Source of the DNA: Calditrichia bacterium
GTDB taxonomy: Bacteria > Calditrichota > Calditrichia > JAJRVZ01
DNA: 64,000 bases
Direction: 5' to 3'
NCBI GenBank assembly: GCA_963796965.1
Contig: CAWCNS010000005.1
Span: forward strand, 928,001 to 992,000
Program-made: the position numbers and the translations under genes
The notes under the pieces: model-generated
Told to the model about the DNA's origin: nothing
Databases searched by the model: none
The model's input: only the letters and a program-made list of their open reading frames with translations
In this document: piece by piece, positions 24,215-36,193 of the stretch
Numbering within the stretch: the stretch's first letter is position 1
How the letters are laid out: every line of letters begins with the position of its first letter

Positions 24215-26110
24215 TTAGTTCCCCGACAGATCCACCACAATTTCCCCGGAATCATTTTCAAATGCCGATGGCGCTATTCTAACCTCAATCCGCTTTAGAT
24301 TTTCAATCTTTTTATCGTAGGATAACGGTGGAGGATCCAGTGAGACTACTTTAATCTCATACTTTTCGGGTGAAAGAACCTGAAGAAAAAGTTGTTGTTC
24401 ATCCTTCGTTAAAATCGCTCCATTCAGATTAGTTTCAACATCTGCAGTGGTTATCATTGCCCAAACAATGATTTAGTTGTAGAATTCGTTTGTATCCGAT
24501 CGATTATCTGCAAGTATAGCGTCATTTATTTTTACAAAGGATCTTTCGGCTCTATTTACACTTCCGAAGAACAGATCAGTGAGATCAAAAGAAACACTTG
24601 GTGAATTGACGTCACAGAATGAACTGGTAACAGGTACCGAACCGTTGACGAAATGCATCTGGTCATTAACCGATAAGGTACTGTGGCCGAAGTTATTTTT
24701 TGTCAATAAAGTCCAGCGCGGAGACTCCTGACCTCTTTGCCATAACCCGCTTCCAAGGATTTGCTCCAATCCATGATATCCCTGATTACCCGGATCGATA
24801 GACCAGCGTATGCCATTGAGTTCAAATATAAAAGAACCGGCATCCATATTCCCATGATTTAAGGTAGCCCTACCCCCTTTAGCTGCCAGATAAAAACCAG
24901 ATTTACTCTCTTCTGTAGCACGCATGATGGCCAGAGGATTTAGCCCCCTACCGACCCAGCATTCCGGCAAGGTTTTATTAGTGGTCGATTTCTTATTCTG
25001 AGATAACCATATTAATGTAATCGGAGAAAACCGGTCATATCCACCATTTTCTTTTTGAAGCTTTTTAACAGCTGCCAGATACAGTTCCTGACTATAATAA
25101 GTATAGGTAGGATCTTTCTGATCAAACCAATTCATTATACCCTGATGGGTCAAACCCATGGCGCCGGCAGATCCTGAATCAAAATAATTGTAAAACAAAC
25201 CACTTGGAGCGATTGTCAAAAGACTATAGCGGGCACTCTCCAACAGCCCGGGAGCTGAAGGAATATTAAAATCTGTATTTAAGGCACTTTCAAACATAGA
25301 ACTTAAGATAGTTGTATAGTAAGTTGCATAAAACCAATAGCTTGCGCCCTCAAGAAAGGCTCCATCAGGCGCATAGGCTTCGAGAGCATAATGTAAATTA
25401 TTGAGTGTTCGTGAAAGTGTTTTTACAGCGAGTTCTGGTTCATCATCCGCTAATACCAGAGCCGCGGCCGATAAGCCACCGTGGCAGACCTGATTCCAGT
25501 TATGAGGTGCGGTGATCCATCCAAAAGGCGGTTCTTTGAAACTGACCAGGAGGGCTTTTTCTTTTAAAGCTTTTTTGGCCTTCTTTACAGTCTCATCCTC
25601 AAAACTTTCACCACACCAGTCAAGCCCCAATGATACAGCAAATGCCATTTCCGCCACATCTAAAAAGTGAGAAGGATTCCAATCTGTAAAATCGCAAACA
25701 TTATTTACTTCCGCTTCCAACCGTTCCAGGTATTTTAAATCATTTTCCATGCGATACAGAAGAGCCAATGTACTAACTCTGGCGATAGCTTCTCTTGAAA
25801 CAGATAAGAGACGTTTGCCAATTTTTTTTCGCTCTAATCCTGGTACACCCAGATAATAATTTCCACGTTTTTTTATAAGTTTATAATTTTCTTTGACGAC
25901 TTCATCCGATTTGATTTTTTGTACAAGGATTTTCTCTACCTCTTCGGTAAAAATTAATCGGGGGGCCTTTGTCTTCAGATTTTTCTCCAACCACTGCACA
26001 GAGATAGGATTTTCTGGTCTGAAGGTATATTTTTCATCCCCATGGAGCTGGTTTAAAAATATACTTAGCAGTAGAAATGGTATGTATTTGAGTAAGAATA
26101 AATTACGCAT
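24215..26110 (-). CDS. Heparinase II/III-family polysaccharide lyase (frameshift ~24500)
   Basis: WNPSHFLDVAEM, HNWNQVCHGG, PDGAFLEGASYWFY, NHGNMDAGSF, HSTLSVN. Confidence 0.85.
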
Positions 26111-26175
26111 ATAGAGAATATCCTTTATATCGGATTTAGAGAATACCGCAGATAAAACCCGGAATATTGTTTATT

Positions 26176-26357
26176 GTAGAGACGTCCTGTTGGGACGTCT
26201 CTGTAATTAAACGGAATGACATTATTAATAAATTTGATTTATGTTTACGATTCCTAATTTCCCAAAATCTATCAATGTTTACTGAATATTATATCAATTG
26301 TTTATATTTTTTTGATCCGGACAGGATTATGAGACGTCCCAACGGGACGTCTCTACG
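26176..26357. repeat. Inverted pair of GTAGAGACG...CGTCTC REP-like palindromes
   Basis: gtagagacgtcctgttgggacgtctctg and gagacgtcccaacgggacgtctctac. Confidence 0.85.
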
Positions 26358-27625
26358 AAGGTATTTAAATGCACTGTACCATAGGAACGTATGTTTAAAA
26401 TTAACACACTTCCCTTTCCAAAAACAGATTCAATCAAACGGACATAATCCCTGACAGCATCAGTGGGTAAAAAGACCTGAATTGTGCCGGCAAACCCGCC
26501 TCCATGAACCCGGCAGGCGCCTTCCCCCAACAGATTGATATAATTTTCAGAAAATGCAAGTGCTAACGATACGCCTTGTTCATTCACGCGTTTATTTGTA
26601 TAAATATTCTGCAACCATTTATATGATGAATCCCCCGATGCCTGTACTTTGGCTAAAAATTCTTTAAAATCCCCTGATTTCAAAGAATTAACCTGATCAG
26701 GTACACGTTCATTGTCACCCAGAAAATGCATTGCCCGTAACAGGGCCCGGTCACCAACCTTTTCCCTTAGAACTTTAGCCTCTTCAAGAACCTCCTTCAA
26801 AGTGATATTCCTACAGACATCCTGTCCAAAGTGTTGTGCTACCGATTGCATCTCAATTGGAATGGAAGCATACTCGTCAGTTAAATCGGCATGGCTTCCA
26901 CCGGTATCCACCACGAGCACATTATAGTTCTGAGCCCCGAAATCAAATTTTATTTTTTCTACAAGAGGATCTTCTGGTTCCTTAAAATCAATAGTAATGA
27001 TACTCCCCACCGCACAGGTCATCTGATCCATTAATCCACTGGGTTTGCCAAAATACTTGTTTTCTGCATATTGCCCTACTAAGGCAAGTGTCTCATCCTT
27101 AATTTCATTTTGATTAAAAAGTGCATTGAAGATAGTTCCTAACAGTACCTCTATCGAAGCTGAAGAACTCAAACCAGAACCGGGCAGGACCTTACTGGAA
27201 ATACAGGCATTAAATCCGCCAATTTCATATCCCATTTCCTTCAACCTGGCGGCAATACCCCGAATTAAACTTAGTGTCGTTTCTTTTTCTAAATCAACTA
27301 TATTGAGGTCTTGTAGATTCACCTGGAATGCAGTGGGGTAACCTTCTGAATAAATCATCACCAGATCTGAATTATTTACTGATGCAACTGCTATAGAATC
27401 CAGATCCACTGCTGCGGCCAATACCCGTCCATGATTATGATCGGTGTGGTTGCCACCAATCTCTGTCCGGCCTGGTGTACTGAATAAATGGAGGTCTTCT
27501 TCCTGGAAATGATTTTGATAGGTTTGAATTAACTTTTTATAACGCGCTATCTGAGATTTTATTACTTTTTCATCATCGCCATAGAGTTTTTTAAACGTAG
27601 CTATATATTTCTCAAAATTAATCAT
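26327..27625 (-). CDS. galK: Galactokinase (GHMP kinase)
   Basis: PGRTEIGGNHTDH, PGSGLSSSA, GKPSGLMDQ, RVHGGGFAG. Confidence 0.9.
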   Translation of the reverse strand: MINFEKYIATFKKLYGDDEKVIKSQIARYKKLIQTYQNHFQEEDLHLFSTPGRTEIGGNHTDHNHGRVLAAAVDLDSIAVASVNNSDLVMIYSEGYPTAFQVNLQDLNIVDLEKETTLSLIRGIAARLKEMGYEIGGFNACISSKVLPGSGLSSSASIEVLLGTIFNALFNQNEIKDETLALVGQYAENKYFGKPSGLMDQMTCAVGSIITIDFKEPEDPLVEKIKFDFGAQNYNVLVVDTGGSHADLTDEYASIPIEMQSVAQHFGQDVCRNITLKEVLEEAKVLREKVGDRALLRAMHFLGDNERVPDQVNSLKSGDFKEFLAKVQASGDSSYKWLQNIYTNKRVNEQGVSLALAFSENYINLLGEGACRVHGGGFAGTIQVFLPTDAVRDYVRLIESVFGKGSVLILNIRSYGTVHLNTFVETSRWDVS

Positions 27626-27756
27626 AATAATCCTATATTTTTAAACACAAAGATCACAAAGCATGCACAAAGAACACAGAGTTTTTTTTAAATTAAATAA
27701 AATTAATTGGTGAAATTTTTAGTAATTCGTGTAATTAGTGGACAAAAGTTGTCTCA

Positions 27757-29743
27757 CTACCAAAAGATGATGTACAATAAAATAGTCAACGCCACCACGC
27801 CAAAACCATAACGCTTTGCACTTTGGGATACCGTTATATCCATTTTCTCATTAACCGGCAGTTCAACCGGTTTTGGTAATGGCTTTATCAATGTTATGGC
27901 AGTAAGAACGGCCACAACAATAAAAAAGCAAACGGCCATCCGGTCAAGAAAAGAGAGGGAAGATAAACTTACCAAAAATCCGATTCCCGTTGCACCGCCC
28001 CATTTAAGAAGACCATAAAGAACCGGATTCAAGATCAATCCAACCGTCCCTGCAAAACGTGGTGTTCGGTGTACAAGAAGACCAAATATAAAAATAGCGA
28101 GCACACCGGGTGAAATAAATCCCTGGAATTCCTGGATAAAGGTAAAAATTCCACCAAACTTGGGACTATCAAGTTGAGGGGCAATAAACATCGCAATCAA
28201 AACAAACACAATGGTGAAGATCCTCCCTGCTGAGACCAATTCAAACTGGGAGGCGGATTTCCTGGTTTTATGATAGATGTCCATGGTTGCAATAGTAGAA
28301 GCCGAGTTTAACATGGATGCTAATGAACTAACCACTGCACCAAAAATAGCCGCAAGAACAAATCCTAAAATCCCAAAGCCAACGGGTAAAAGACCCTTTA
28401 ATAACGTTGGAAAAGCGGCATCATAGTCGTATCCGACCAATTTATCGGACATAGGTATATCTGGAGACTGGGAGGAGGCATTTTGCTGGTTCGCCAACCT
28501 TACGAGCCTGGAATTTGCTTCATAAATGAGAGCCGCATTACCCAAGGCAGTAGAATCAAGGGGTTGATTAAGTAAATCTGAATTTGAGATAAACATGGCC
28601 TGGGCTTTTTCTGTACTTAACTCAGCAAATGAATCTGTAAAAATATAGAGTTGCTTCTGGCCCTCTTCATATCTTTGAAGGATATGCTCGTTTTTGACAT
28701 TGGCATGGGTATGAAGATCATCACTAAACAGATTATAAGCCAATATTCCGGGAATAACAACGATAAAGGGAATCAAAAGTTTTAAAAAGGCAGCAAAGAC
28801 GACACCTTTCTGGCCTTCATCCAGAGATTTAGATCCCAAAGTACGCTGGGTGATATATTGATTAAGGCCCCAATAGAAAAAGTTTGGGATCCATAAACCA
28901 ACAACAAGAGCTGTCCATGGTACTTCCGGGTCGCTGGCTGGTTTTACCATATGCATCTTGCCAACTGCCCAATCGCCGGCATTTAAGGCTTTTAATCGGG
29001 CTAATTGCCCCCATATCTTTTAACTGATCCGGATCAATCGCCGTAGTTGCTGTAGCCGCTAATTTTTCAACATCAGCCATACCCAGAGCGCGCATGGCAA
29101 AATAAGCAATAATCAGACCACCCAAAATCAGAGCAGCACCCTGAATAAGATCAGCCCAGGCACAGGCTTTCAATCCACCGGCAAAAACATAGATGGCTGC
29201 AAGTGTTCCAATTATCCAGCATCCAACTGTGATATTCCCCAGATCAAGACCGAGCATTGTTTTTCCATGAAAGAATACACCAATTACCTTCGCACCGGAA
29301 TAGATCACTGAGGCTGTTGGGACACCAACTAGTATGATCATCGTTACGATAGCCATAACAGTTCTGGCAAAGGTATTATATCGATATTCCAGAAATTCGG
29401 GAATGGTGTAAATACCACTTTTCAGAAAAGTCGGTAAAAAAACAAAGGCAACAACAACCAAGGTAATGGCGGCCATCCATTCGTAACTGGCAATGGCCAT
29501 ACCCAGCCAGTCCGCTGCTTTCCCTGACATACCAACAAATTGTTCGGTAGATATATTTGCAGCAATTAACGAAAATCCAATCAGCCACCAGGTCAGTCCC
29601 CTGCCGGCTAAAAAATAATCCTGTGCGCCAGTTTCGCCGTGTAATTCTTCACCCTTGCTCTTCCAAAGCCCAATAGCAATAACAGAAGCAACAAAAACAA
29701 GGAAAACAATGATATCTACAACACCAATAATTTCCATATTCAA
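27757..29743 (-). CDS. Sodium:solute (sugar) symporter, SSS family (frameshift ~28960)
   Basis: YFLAGRGLTWWLIGFSLIAANISTEQFVGMSG, YWGLNQYITQR, SSLASMLNSASTI.TMDIY. Confidence 0.9.
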
Positions 29744-29896
29744 ATCCTTTGGTTATACATTGATATTTTATCTCTCGCAGAGGCGCTGCATATGATAAAA
29801 AATACAAAATACAAAAAATCTGTTCACTGTTTTCTGCTTACAGCTTTTCTGCTTTCTTTAATACTAATTCGTGTAATCCGTGGACCAATTCGTGGA

Positions 29897-31468
29897 TTAA
29901 AACGACATTGCCGCCACATAGGCATCCATAAAATCTGGATGGGTGGATAATTCAATATACTGTGTTTTCTTTTTAATTCGCTCAATTTCCTGTTCAAATA
30001 AGGTAGACTTTAAAGAGGCGATGGCGCCGGTCCCTGCTGCATTACCGATCGAAACCACTTTATCTTCCAGTTCTTCCGGCAGTAAACCAATTCTGACAGC
30101 ACTGTCAATTCTGATATAGTTCCCAAAACCACCAGCCAGATAAACAGTTCCGATCTGATTGCTGGTGATTCCCGCCTCTTTAATTAAAATAGCGATACCC
30201 GCATAGATGGCCGACTTTGCCAGCTGAACTTCCCGGATATCTTTCTGTGACAGAATAATATCATGTTCAACTGCGGCATTCTTTTTTGTTTCTACAATAA
30301 AATCATTGTTCATTCGACCAGTGGGATCAATAATTTCTTGATCTAATAAATAAGCTACAATATCTACTAATCCCGAACCACAAATTCCAATGGGCGGTTT
30401 TCCATTAATGGTTATATAGCCATCCTCATCATAGGTTGAAATTGCACCGGAGATTCCCCCAACACCACACTGGATTCTTGCACCTTCAAAAGCAGGACCT
30501 GCTGCTGTTGCACAACAATATACCTGATCCTTTTTACCAAGAACGATCTCACCGTTGGTTCCGATATCAAGATAAAGAACATATGTATCACTAATCGTAA
30601 GATCAGTGGAGGCCACACCGGCAAGGATGTCCGCACCTACATAACCGGAAACAGACGGCAGCACCTTTATCACACTTTTATCATGCATTTTCAATTTAAG
30701 ATCACTACCTTTTAAGTTTTTTTGTTCTGTAAATACCGGGGTATAAGGTGCAACGGAAATAGATGACGGATCAATACCAAGTAGTAAATGTAACATAATC
30801 GTATTGCCAACCATTGACCCCAAATAAATATTTAAAGGATTAACCCCATTTCCACTACAGAGTGAATCAACAGCCTGATTAATACGATGAATCAAAATGG
30901 ATCCCAATTGTTCAACGCCATTCTTGTTATTCATACCGTATTCCACCCTGGAGATAACATCTGCACCATAAGAAGATTGCGGATTGAGGAAAGAAAAACT
31001 GTCTATTTGCATATAATGGATAATATCTATTAGATAAACGACGACGGTTGTTGTTCCAATATCTACGGCAATTCCATAGGCTGTGGTTTCCTTGTCATTA
31101 CCCCAGTCCTCGTCTATTAGTTGATTGCCCCGAAAATAAACCAGTCTTCTTCCTTCCTTATTTTCAATCCGAAGCCCCGAATTATTATCCATGATCCTGG
31201 CAGCAGGATTTAACTCATCAAGGATGATATAAGATTCTAAGTTAGGAAGGTGTATTTCTAAGTCCGTAGAAATTTTATATTGACATGCCAGAATCGTATC
31301 AAGATGATTCATCTTTACTTGACATTTTCCACATGTCCCTTTTCCCGCACAGGAAGCCTGTACCAATATACCATTGTGCTGGAGCAGTTCCAGCAAGTTT
31401 TCCCCATCATTTGCACGAAAGGTGTGTTCTTTTTGGCCATCAAAGACCGATATTTTATATTTTGACAA
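29897..31468 (-). CDS. ASKHA-domain 2Fe-2S reductive activator of corrinoid proteins (RACo/RamA-like, DUF4445)
   Basis: CAGKGTCGKC ferredoxin, DIGTTT, GADVISR, DIGTNGE, ATAAGPAFEG, GICGSG, AGGFG. Confidence 0.9.
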   Translation of the reverse strand: MSKYKISVFDGQKEHTFRANDGENLLELLQHNGILVQASCAGKGTCGKCQVKMNHLDTILACQYKISTDLEIHLPNLESYIILDELNPAARIMDNNSGLRIENKEGRRLVYFRGNQLIDEDWGNDKETTAYGIAVDIGTTTVVVYLIDIIHYMQIDSFSFLNPQSSYGADVISRVEYGMNNKNGVEQLGSILIHRINQAVDSLCSGNGVNPLNIYLGSMVGNTIMLHLLLGIDPSSISVAPYTPVFTEQKNLKGSDLKLKMHDKSVIKVLPSVSGYVGADILAGVASTDLTISDTYVLYLDIGTNGEIVLGKKDQVYCCATAAGPAFEGARIQCGVGGISGAISTYDEDGYITINGKPPIGICGSGLVDIVAYLLDQEIIDPTGRMNNDFIVETKKNAAVEHDIILSQKDIREVQLAKSAIYAGIAILIKEAGITSNQIGTVYLAGGFGNYIRIDSAVRIGLLPEELEDKVVSIGNAAGTGAIASLKSTLFEQEIERIKKKTQYIELSTHPDFMDAYVAAMSF

Positions 31469-31717
31469 GTTGTCCTTTCCTATCTTAATGATTTATTTCT
31501 TTGCTGCAGAGTCGCGAGACTCTCCAAGTCCCTAATAGAGGAGATTTAAACTGTATATTGTAATCTAATTTAGAAACTTTATTATTATAGTCAATGTTCT
31601 TACCGATGATCCATCCTGAAATTACTTTTTCAATATTTAAGATCTAAGTAAAACTTTAAAGAATAATTTGTCATTAGTCTTTTAATACAGATTGCTGCAG
31701 AATGAACTAGTTCTCGG

Positions 31718-32655
31718 TCAATTAAAAATTGATCGATATAATTCTGCTTGAGATTCCAGGTCAGGTCCCATCAGAATAAGTTCCGAAGGGCCTTCATAAT
31801 TTTCGATCGTCTATCAATTCTACATTTCCAAAGCTAGCTTGCACCGCTAAAACATCGTCGTTATCTAATCGGATATAACCTTTTATCCGATAGAGTTTCT
31901 CTGCTAGTCTAGAGATAATATCCGAGATGTCAGCCTCTTTTGCCTGTCTGGTCGTGCGGATTACTTTTGCACCCAATTCTGGCCTGCCACCCGGTTCCAA
32001 ATGAGCCCCTTCTGAAAAAATCTCATTCGCCATTGGTTTTGCAAGATCAGTGGTTAACAACTCAGTTATTGGTACATCACAATAACTAGTTTTCCTGAAG
32101 AATAGCAAAGGGATTTAGGGTTTTTACTCTATTTCTAAGTGATTTTTTATCAATATCCTTGAAATCAGATTTATTCAAAATAACTACATCAGCAATCCGA
32201 ACTTGATGGCGGATGCGGGTCATAGATTCTTCCATCTTTATAAAATTAACACTGTCAACAACACACCATACCTGTGCCAGGTATAAGCGATCCTTCAATT
32301 CGCTTGCCTGGAACAACTCGCCGATGGCTATTGGATCGGCCAGCCCGGTCGCTTCCAGGATAACCATATCCGGCTGAATCTCATCAATAAAATCAGCCAA
32401 TGACTTTCGAAAATCAGATAAGAGACAAACACAGAATACAGAGCCTTTATTAACCTCCAATAACTCAAATGAATGACCTGTTCGTCGCAGTTCTTTTCCG
32501 TCCACCTGCCCCGGCGCAAACTCATTCTGAATAACCCCAATCCGTTGTTTACCGGAGAAATTATCCAGAAATCTTTTAAGAAAAGTTGTTTTGCCGCTGC
32601 CCAAGAATCCGGTGACCAGGTAAAAGGGTATGGGATGATTATTTTTTTTATTCAC
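31718..32655 (-). CDS. CobW/COG0523-family GTPase (frameshifts ~32095 and ~31800; start approximate)
   Basis: TGFLGSGKTT, QNEFA, GSVFCVC, LEATGLADP, LNKSD, YRIKGY. Confidence 0.85.
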
Positions 32656-33019
32656 TGTTTTTGGTCCATAAACATCAAAACCTCCACCACAATCCCCCTC
32701 CTTACTAAGGAGGAGGAAAAAGGGGGTGGTAATTCTCATTTTCTAACCACGAATGACACTAATTTTAACGGATTTCACGAATTATTATTTTTATCATCCC
32801 CCAGGAATCTTCATGCATACAGCCAAATAGTCAACGAGAAGGAAGATCCTTACAGGATGACGGCAGAAATTACTATTCGGGAATAAAATGTACACAACGG
32901 ATTAAAGTGGCCGTTCGTGAACGGCCACTACAATGAAACGCTGCAAAGTAATAAAAAATATATTCTTTGCGTTCTCTGCGCCTCCTTTGCGTCTTTGCGT
33001 TAAAAAATCTTGAAGAACC

Positions 33020-34642
33020 TTAAAGAATATCCTTAATCCACTCCTTTATAATCGGCACACTCGGCTCCACACCCTCTGATTTTGTCTTATAATTGGCAAC
33101 AATAATGGAAGGTGTTTTGATCACACCATAGGACAGACGTTCTTTCTCGTCGATAATACATTGAATTGAAATATCTGCCCCCAATTCACGTGTGGCCTGC
33201 TCGACTAACGGTTTGAGTTTGGCACATTCTGCCTCATCTTTACCCAGGATTAAAAGGGCACCCTTTCTTGATCGGATCCGGTAATGGATTTTTTCAAGTA
33301 TACGTTTTTGAATCGCTTTAATTAATTCTTCTTTTGGTGGGATCCGCGATACGAAAGTTATTTTGCCATCGATACAGATCGTCGGAATATTTTTCACCAT
33401 CAGAGAGGTCATAAACATCACTGAATCGGCATGTTTAATTTTATGCTCCCGCCATTCCACCACGCCCTCGAATTCCGGGGTGATGCTTTTTACCGCTTCA
33501 ACCATATATTGACAAGGTGCACAGGATTCTGAATCTAACGTAATCACATCAACGATCACTTTGTCTGTTCGGCCATAATCACTCATATCAAGAATATCTG
33601 TCTCATCTGCAGATTGATCCAATGTTTGGATGACATCACGTTGATAGGGGTCCAATACAATTTTAGAAACCGCCTTCAGATTGGCCGGCGGGGTGTCATA
33701 GGGCAAATCACATCCGGGGGCCAAAATAAATCCTTTTTCCCCACCGAGTTCAATACAGGAAAGTGCATCCCGCTGAGAATCAACTTCTGTGCCGAGGAGC
33801 AGGACAACCGTTAACTTCATATTACCACCAAAACTAATTCCGTGTTGCTGGCAAATATCGCGAACAAAATCGAGGGGGATATTTTCATCGATAGATACAT
33901 TATCCGGCTTGCATTGGCACATGACATCAATGTTTTGCTGAGCCTGTCCACAGACGAAAAAGGAACTATAGACATTTTTCTCGCGGATATGTGAAAAAAC
34001 TTTTGAGGCAGGCCCCAGGACAAATTGTTTAAATTGGTCCGGTCCTATCTGGCTGGTCATCGGGTCGACTACAGCAATGATATCGCAACCGGCCTCCATA
34101 TAAAAGTCAGCCATCCGTATCGTAACATCCCGACAGAATTCTAACAATTCCTGAACATAGGTATCATTTTCAAACATTTTCATAAACAGATCTGTACCTT
34201 GTAAATGTAAAGCAAGGGTGAACGGACCGGTAATCAAACCATACCAGGCAATATCTGGATGCATTTCACGTAACCGGGTCGCTGCACGCATGGTCAGGCC
34301 AATTCTTCCTTGTTCTATTTCCGGCAGGCTAAGATCCGCCAGATTTTTACCTGCTATCAAAGGATGGGAGACAACAGCCGGTGGATTCTGCTCTGCCCAC
34401 AATAGTTCACACCCGAGAGATTCTGCCTCAATTTGCAGGTCGAAGGTTACGGGCAGGCCATCCGGTTGATATTGTTTAATCGCTTCGGTAGCAGCATTGA
34501 CCAGGTGATCTTCTGATTGATGGTAATCTTTTGCACTCACGCCAATCAGGGAGGCACCATGGCAGCCAACAAAGGGCACCCAGGGAATTCGGTCAACCGG
34601 TTCAGAGCGTATAGCCTTTAATATTCTTTCTCTTGGATTCAT
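33020..34642 (-). CDS. MtaA/CmuA-like (URO-D) methyltransferase fused to two thioredoxin-like domains
   Basis: DLQIEAESLG, GPFTLA, FVCG, GGNM, LAPGCDLP; then ESCAPCQYM..NIPTICIDG; then a degenerate Trx ...YGVIKTPSIIV. Confidence 0.85.
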   Translation of the reverse strand: MNPRERILKAIRSEPVDRIPWVPFVGCHGASLIGVSAKDYHQSEDHLVNAATEAIKQYQPDGLPVTFDLQIEAESLGCELLWAEQNPPAVVSHPLIAGKNLADLSLPEIEQGRIGLTMRAATRLREMHPDIAWYGLITGPFTLALHLQGTDLFMKMFENDTYVQELLEFCRDVTIRMADFYMEAGCDIIAVVDPMTSQIGPDQFKQFVLGPASKVFSHIREKNVYSSFFVCGQAQQNIDVMCQCKPDNVSIDENIPLDFVRDICQQHGISFGGNMKLTVVLLLGTEVDSQRDALSCIELGGEKGFILAPGCDLPYDTPPANLKAVSKIVLDPYQRDVIQTLDQSADETDILDMSDYGRTDKVIVDVITLDSESCAPCQYMVEAVKSITPEFEGVVEWREHKIKHADSVMFMTSLMVKNIPTICIDGKITFVSRIPPKEELIKAIQKRILEKIHYRIRSRKGALLILGKDEAECAKLKPLVEQATRELGADISIQCIIDEKERLSYGVIKTPSIIVANYKTKSEGVEPSVPIIKEWIKDIL

Positions 34643-34801
34643 TATTTCCCCATTATCTCTAAAAAAAAGATTTTACCACAAAGTTCACAGAGAAGGCACT
34701 AAGATCACAAAGTTTTTATAAAGAAATTTCTCTGTGTCTCTCTGTGGTTTATTTAAAGATAGTATCTTGAAAAGACGCATTCAATTTACAAAATCTTTCA
34801 A

Positions 34802-36193
34802 TTATTTTTGGCCATTATAATATTTATTTTTATGCCGCGTGGCATATTGTTGTAACCTGGTAGCCACTTGTGGATATTTGTCGATCACATTTACTTTCTC
34901 ATAGGGATCATTTTTCATGTCAAATAACGACAATTCTATATGATCCTGTTTATATTTTCCAGCCTGTCCATCCATCCCTGGCTCCACTAATGTCCTGTAT
35001 TGATGGGGTACATGTAGTTTCCAATTGCCATCACCAGTAATGACGCCTTCGAAATTTTTTCCCGTGGAAAAAGGATAGTATTCATGTGGATTTTCTGCAC
35101 CCGGTTTATCGGAAATAATCTCCCAAACATTTTTACCATCAATTTCGTTTGCAGGGAGACGCGCTCCTGCCAAATAGCTAAAAGTGGGCAGGAGATCAAT
35201 TGAGCAGAATGCTTTTTCTGAAATCGAGTTCACTTCAATTTTTTTAGGATATTTGATAATACAGGCAGAACGAATCCCACCATCAAACCCGGTGGATTTT
35301 GCTTCCCGATAGGGTGTTTTACCAGCATGATTACCATAACTGATCCAGGGGCCATTATCAGATGTGAAGATCACTAATGTATTTTCATCTAAACCATTAG
35401 ATTTTAGAGCATCCATAATCTTACCTACGGACCAATCGATTTCCATCATCACATCTGCATATAATCCCTTTCCTGATTTACCCAAAAATTTATCACTACA
35501 AAATAGGGGTACATGAGGCATTGAATGGGGTACATATAAGAAAAAAGGATTATCTTTATTTCTCTTGATAAAATCAACGGCATGTTCCGTATACCAGGTC
35601 GTAAGCTGTGTTTGTTCTTTTGGCGTAACCCGCTCGATTGATATTCTGTCATTTTCCCAAAACTGCAAAGGCCATTGTTTCCAAAATTCTGGCTTTTCCG
35701 GATGAAACTCCCACATATCATTCGAGTACATAAGCCCGCAACATTCATCAAATCCCCTGGCAAGCGGACGTGTTTCAGGTTGATCACCCACATGCCATTT
35801 TCCGAATACCGCCGTATGATATCCCTGCGTTTTTAATACTTCGCCTATTGTACTGAATTTTGGATCAAGTCCTTTGACTCTCGGCCTATGGGCGCCAAAC
35901 ATTTTCGTACGACCTGGATAACATCCGGTTAAAAGTGCGGCTCGTGAAGCAGAACATACGGCCTGTGGAACATAAAAATTATTAAAACGGCACCCTTCCC
36001 TGGCCAGGCGCTCCACATTGGGCGTTGGATATTCAGGATTACCAAAAGGTTTGAAATCTGCCCATCCCGAATCATCGAGAAATATTATCACAAAATTTGG
36101 TTGTTTTGTATTAGTTGAGTTAGTAGTACAGGAAAATCCAAGAACGAGTAGGGAAAGAAAAATTCCTATCAATGAATTCTGTTTTAATACCAT
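34802..36193 (-). CDS. Sulfatase (Cys-type, arylsulfatase family) lipoprotein
   Basis: PNFVIIFLDD, CSASRAALLTG, FGKWH, HSMPHVP, FTSDNGP. Confidence 0.92.
   Translation of the reverse strand: MVLKQNSLIGIFLSLLVLGFSCTTNSTNTKQPNFVIIFLDDSGWADFKPFGNPEYPTPNVERLAREGCRFNNFYVPQAVCSASRAALLTGCYPGRTKMFGAHRPRVKGLDPKFSTIGEVLKTQGYHTAVFGKWHVGDQPETRPLARGFDECCGLMYSNDMWEFHPEKPEFWKQWPLQFWENDRISIERVTPKEQTQLTTWYTEHAVDFIKRNKDNPFFLYVPHSMPHVPLFCSDKFLGKSGKGLYADVMMEIDWSVGKIMDALKSNGLDENTLVIFTSDNGPWISYGNHAGKTPYREAKSTGFDGGIRSACIIKYPKKIEVNSISEKAFCSIDLLPTFSYLAGARLPANEIDGKNVWEIISDKPGAENPHEYYPFSTGKNFEGVITGDGNWKLHVPHQYRTLVEPGMDGQAGKYKQDHIELSLFDMKNDPYEKVNVIDKYPQVATRLQQYATRHKNKYYNGQK

Noticed and set aside
32656..32739. N-terminal extension of the CobW ORF (MRITTPFFLLLSKEG...)
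   Set aside because: Translates a palindromic intergenic repeat; the true start is probably near 32655-32670
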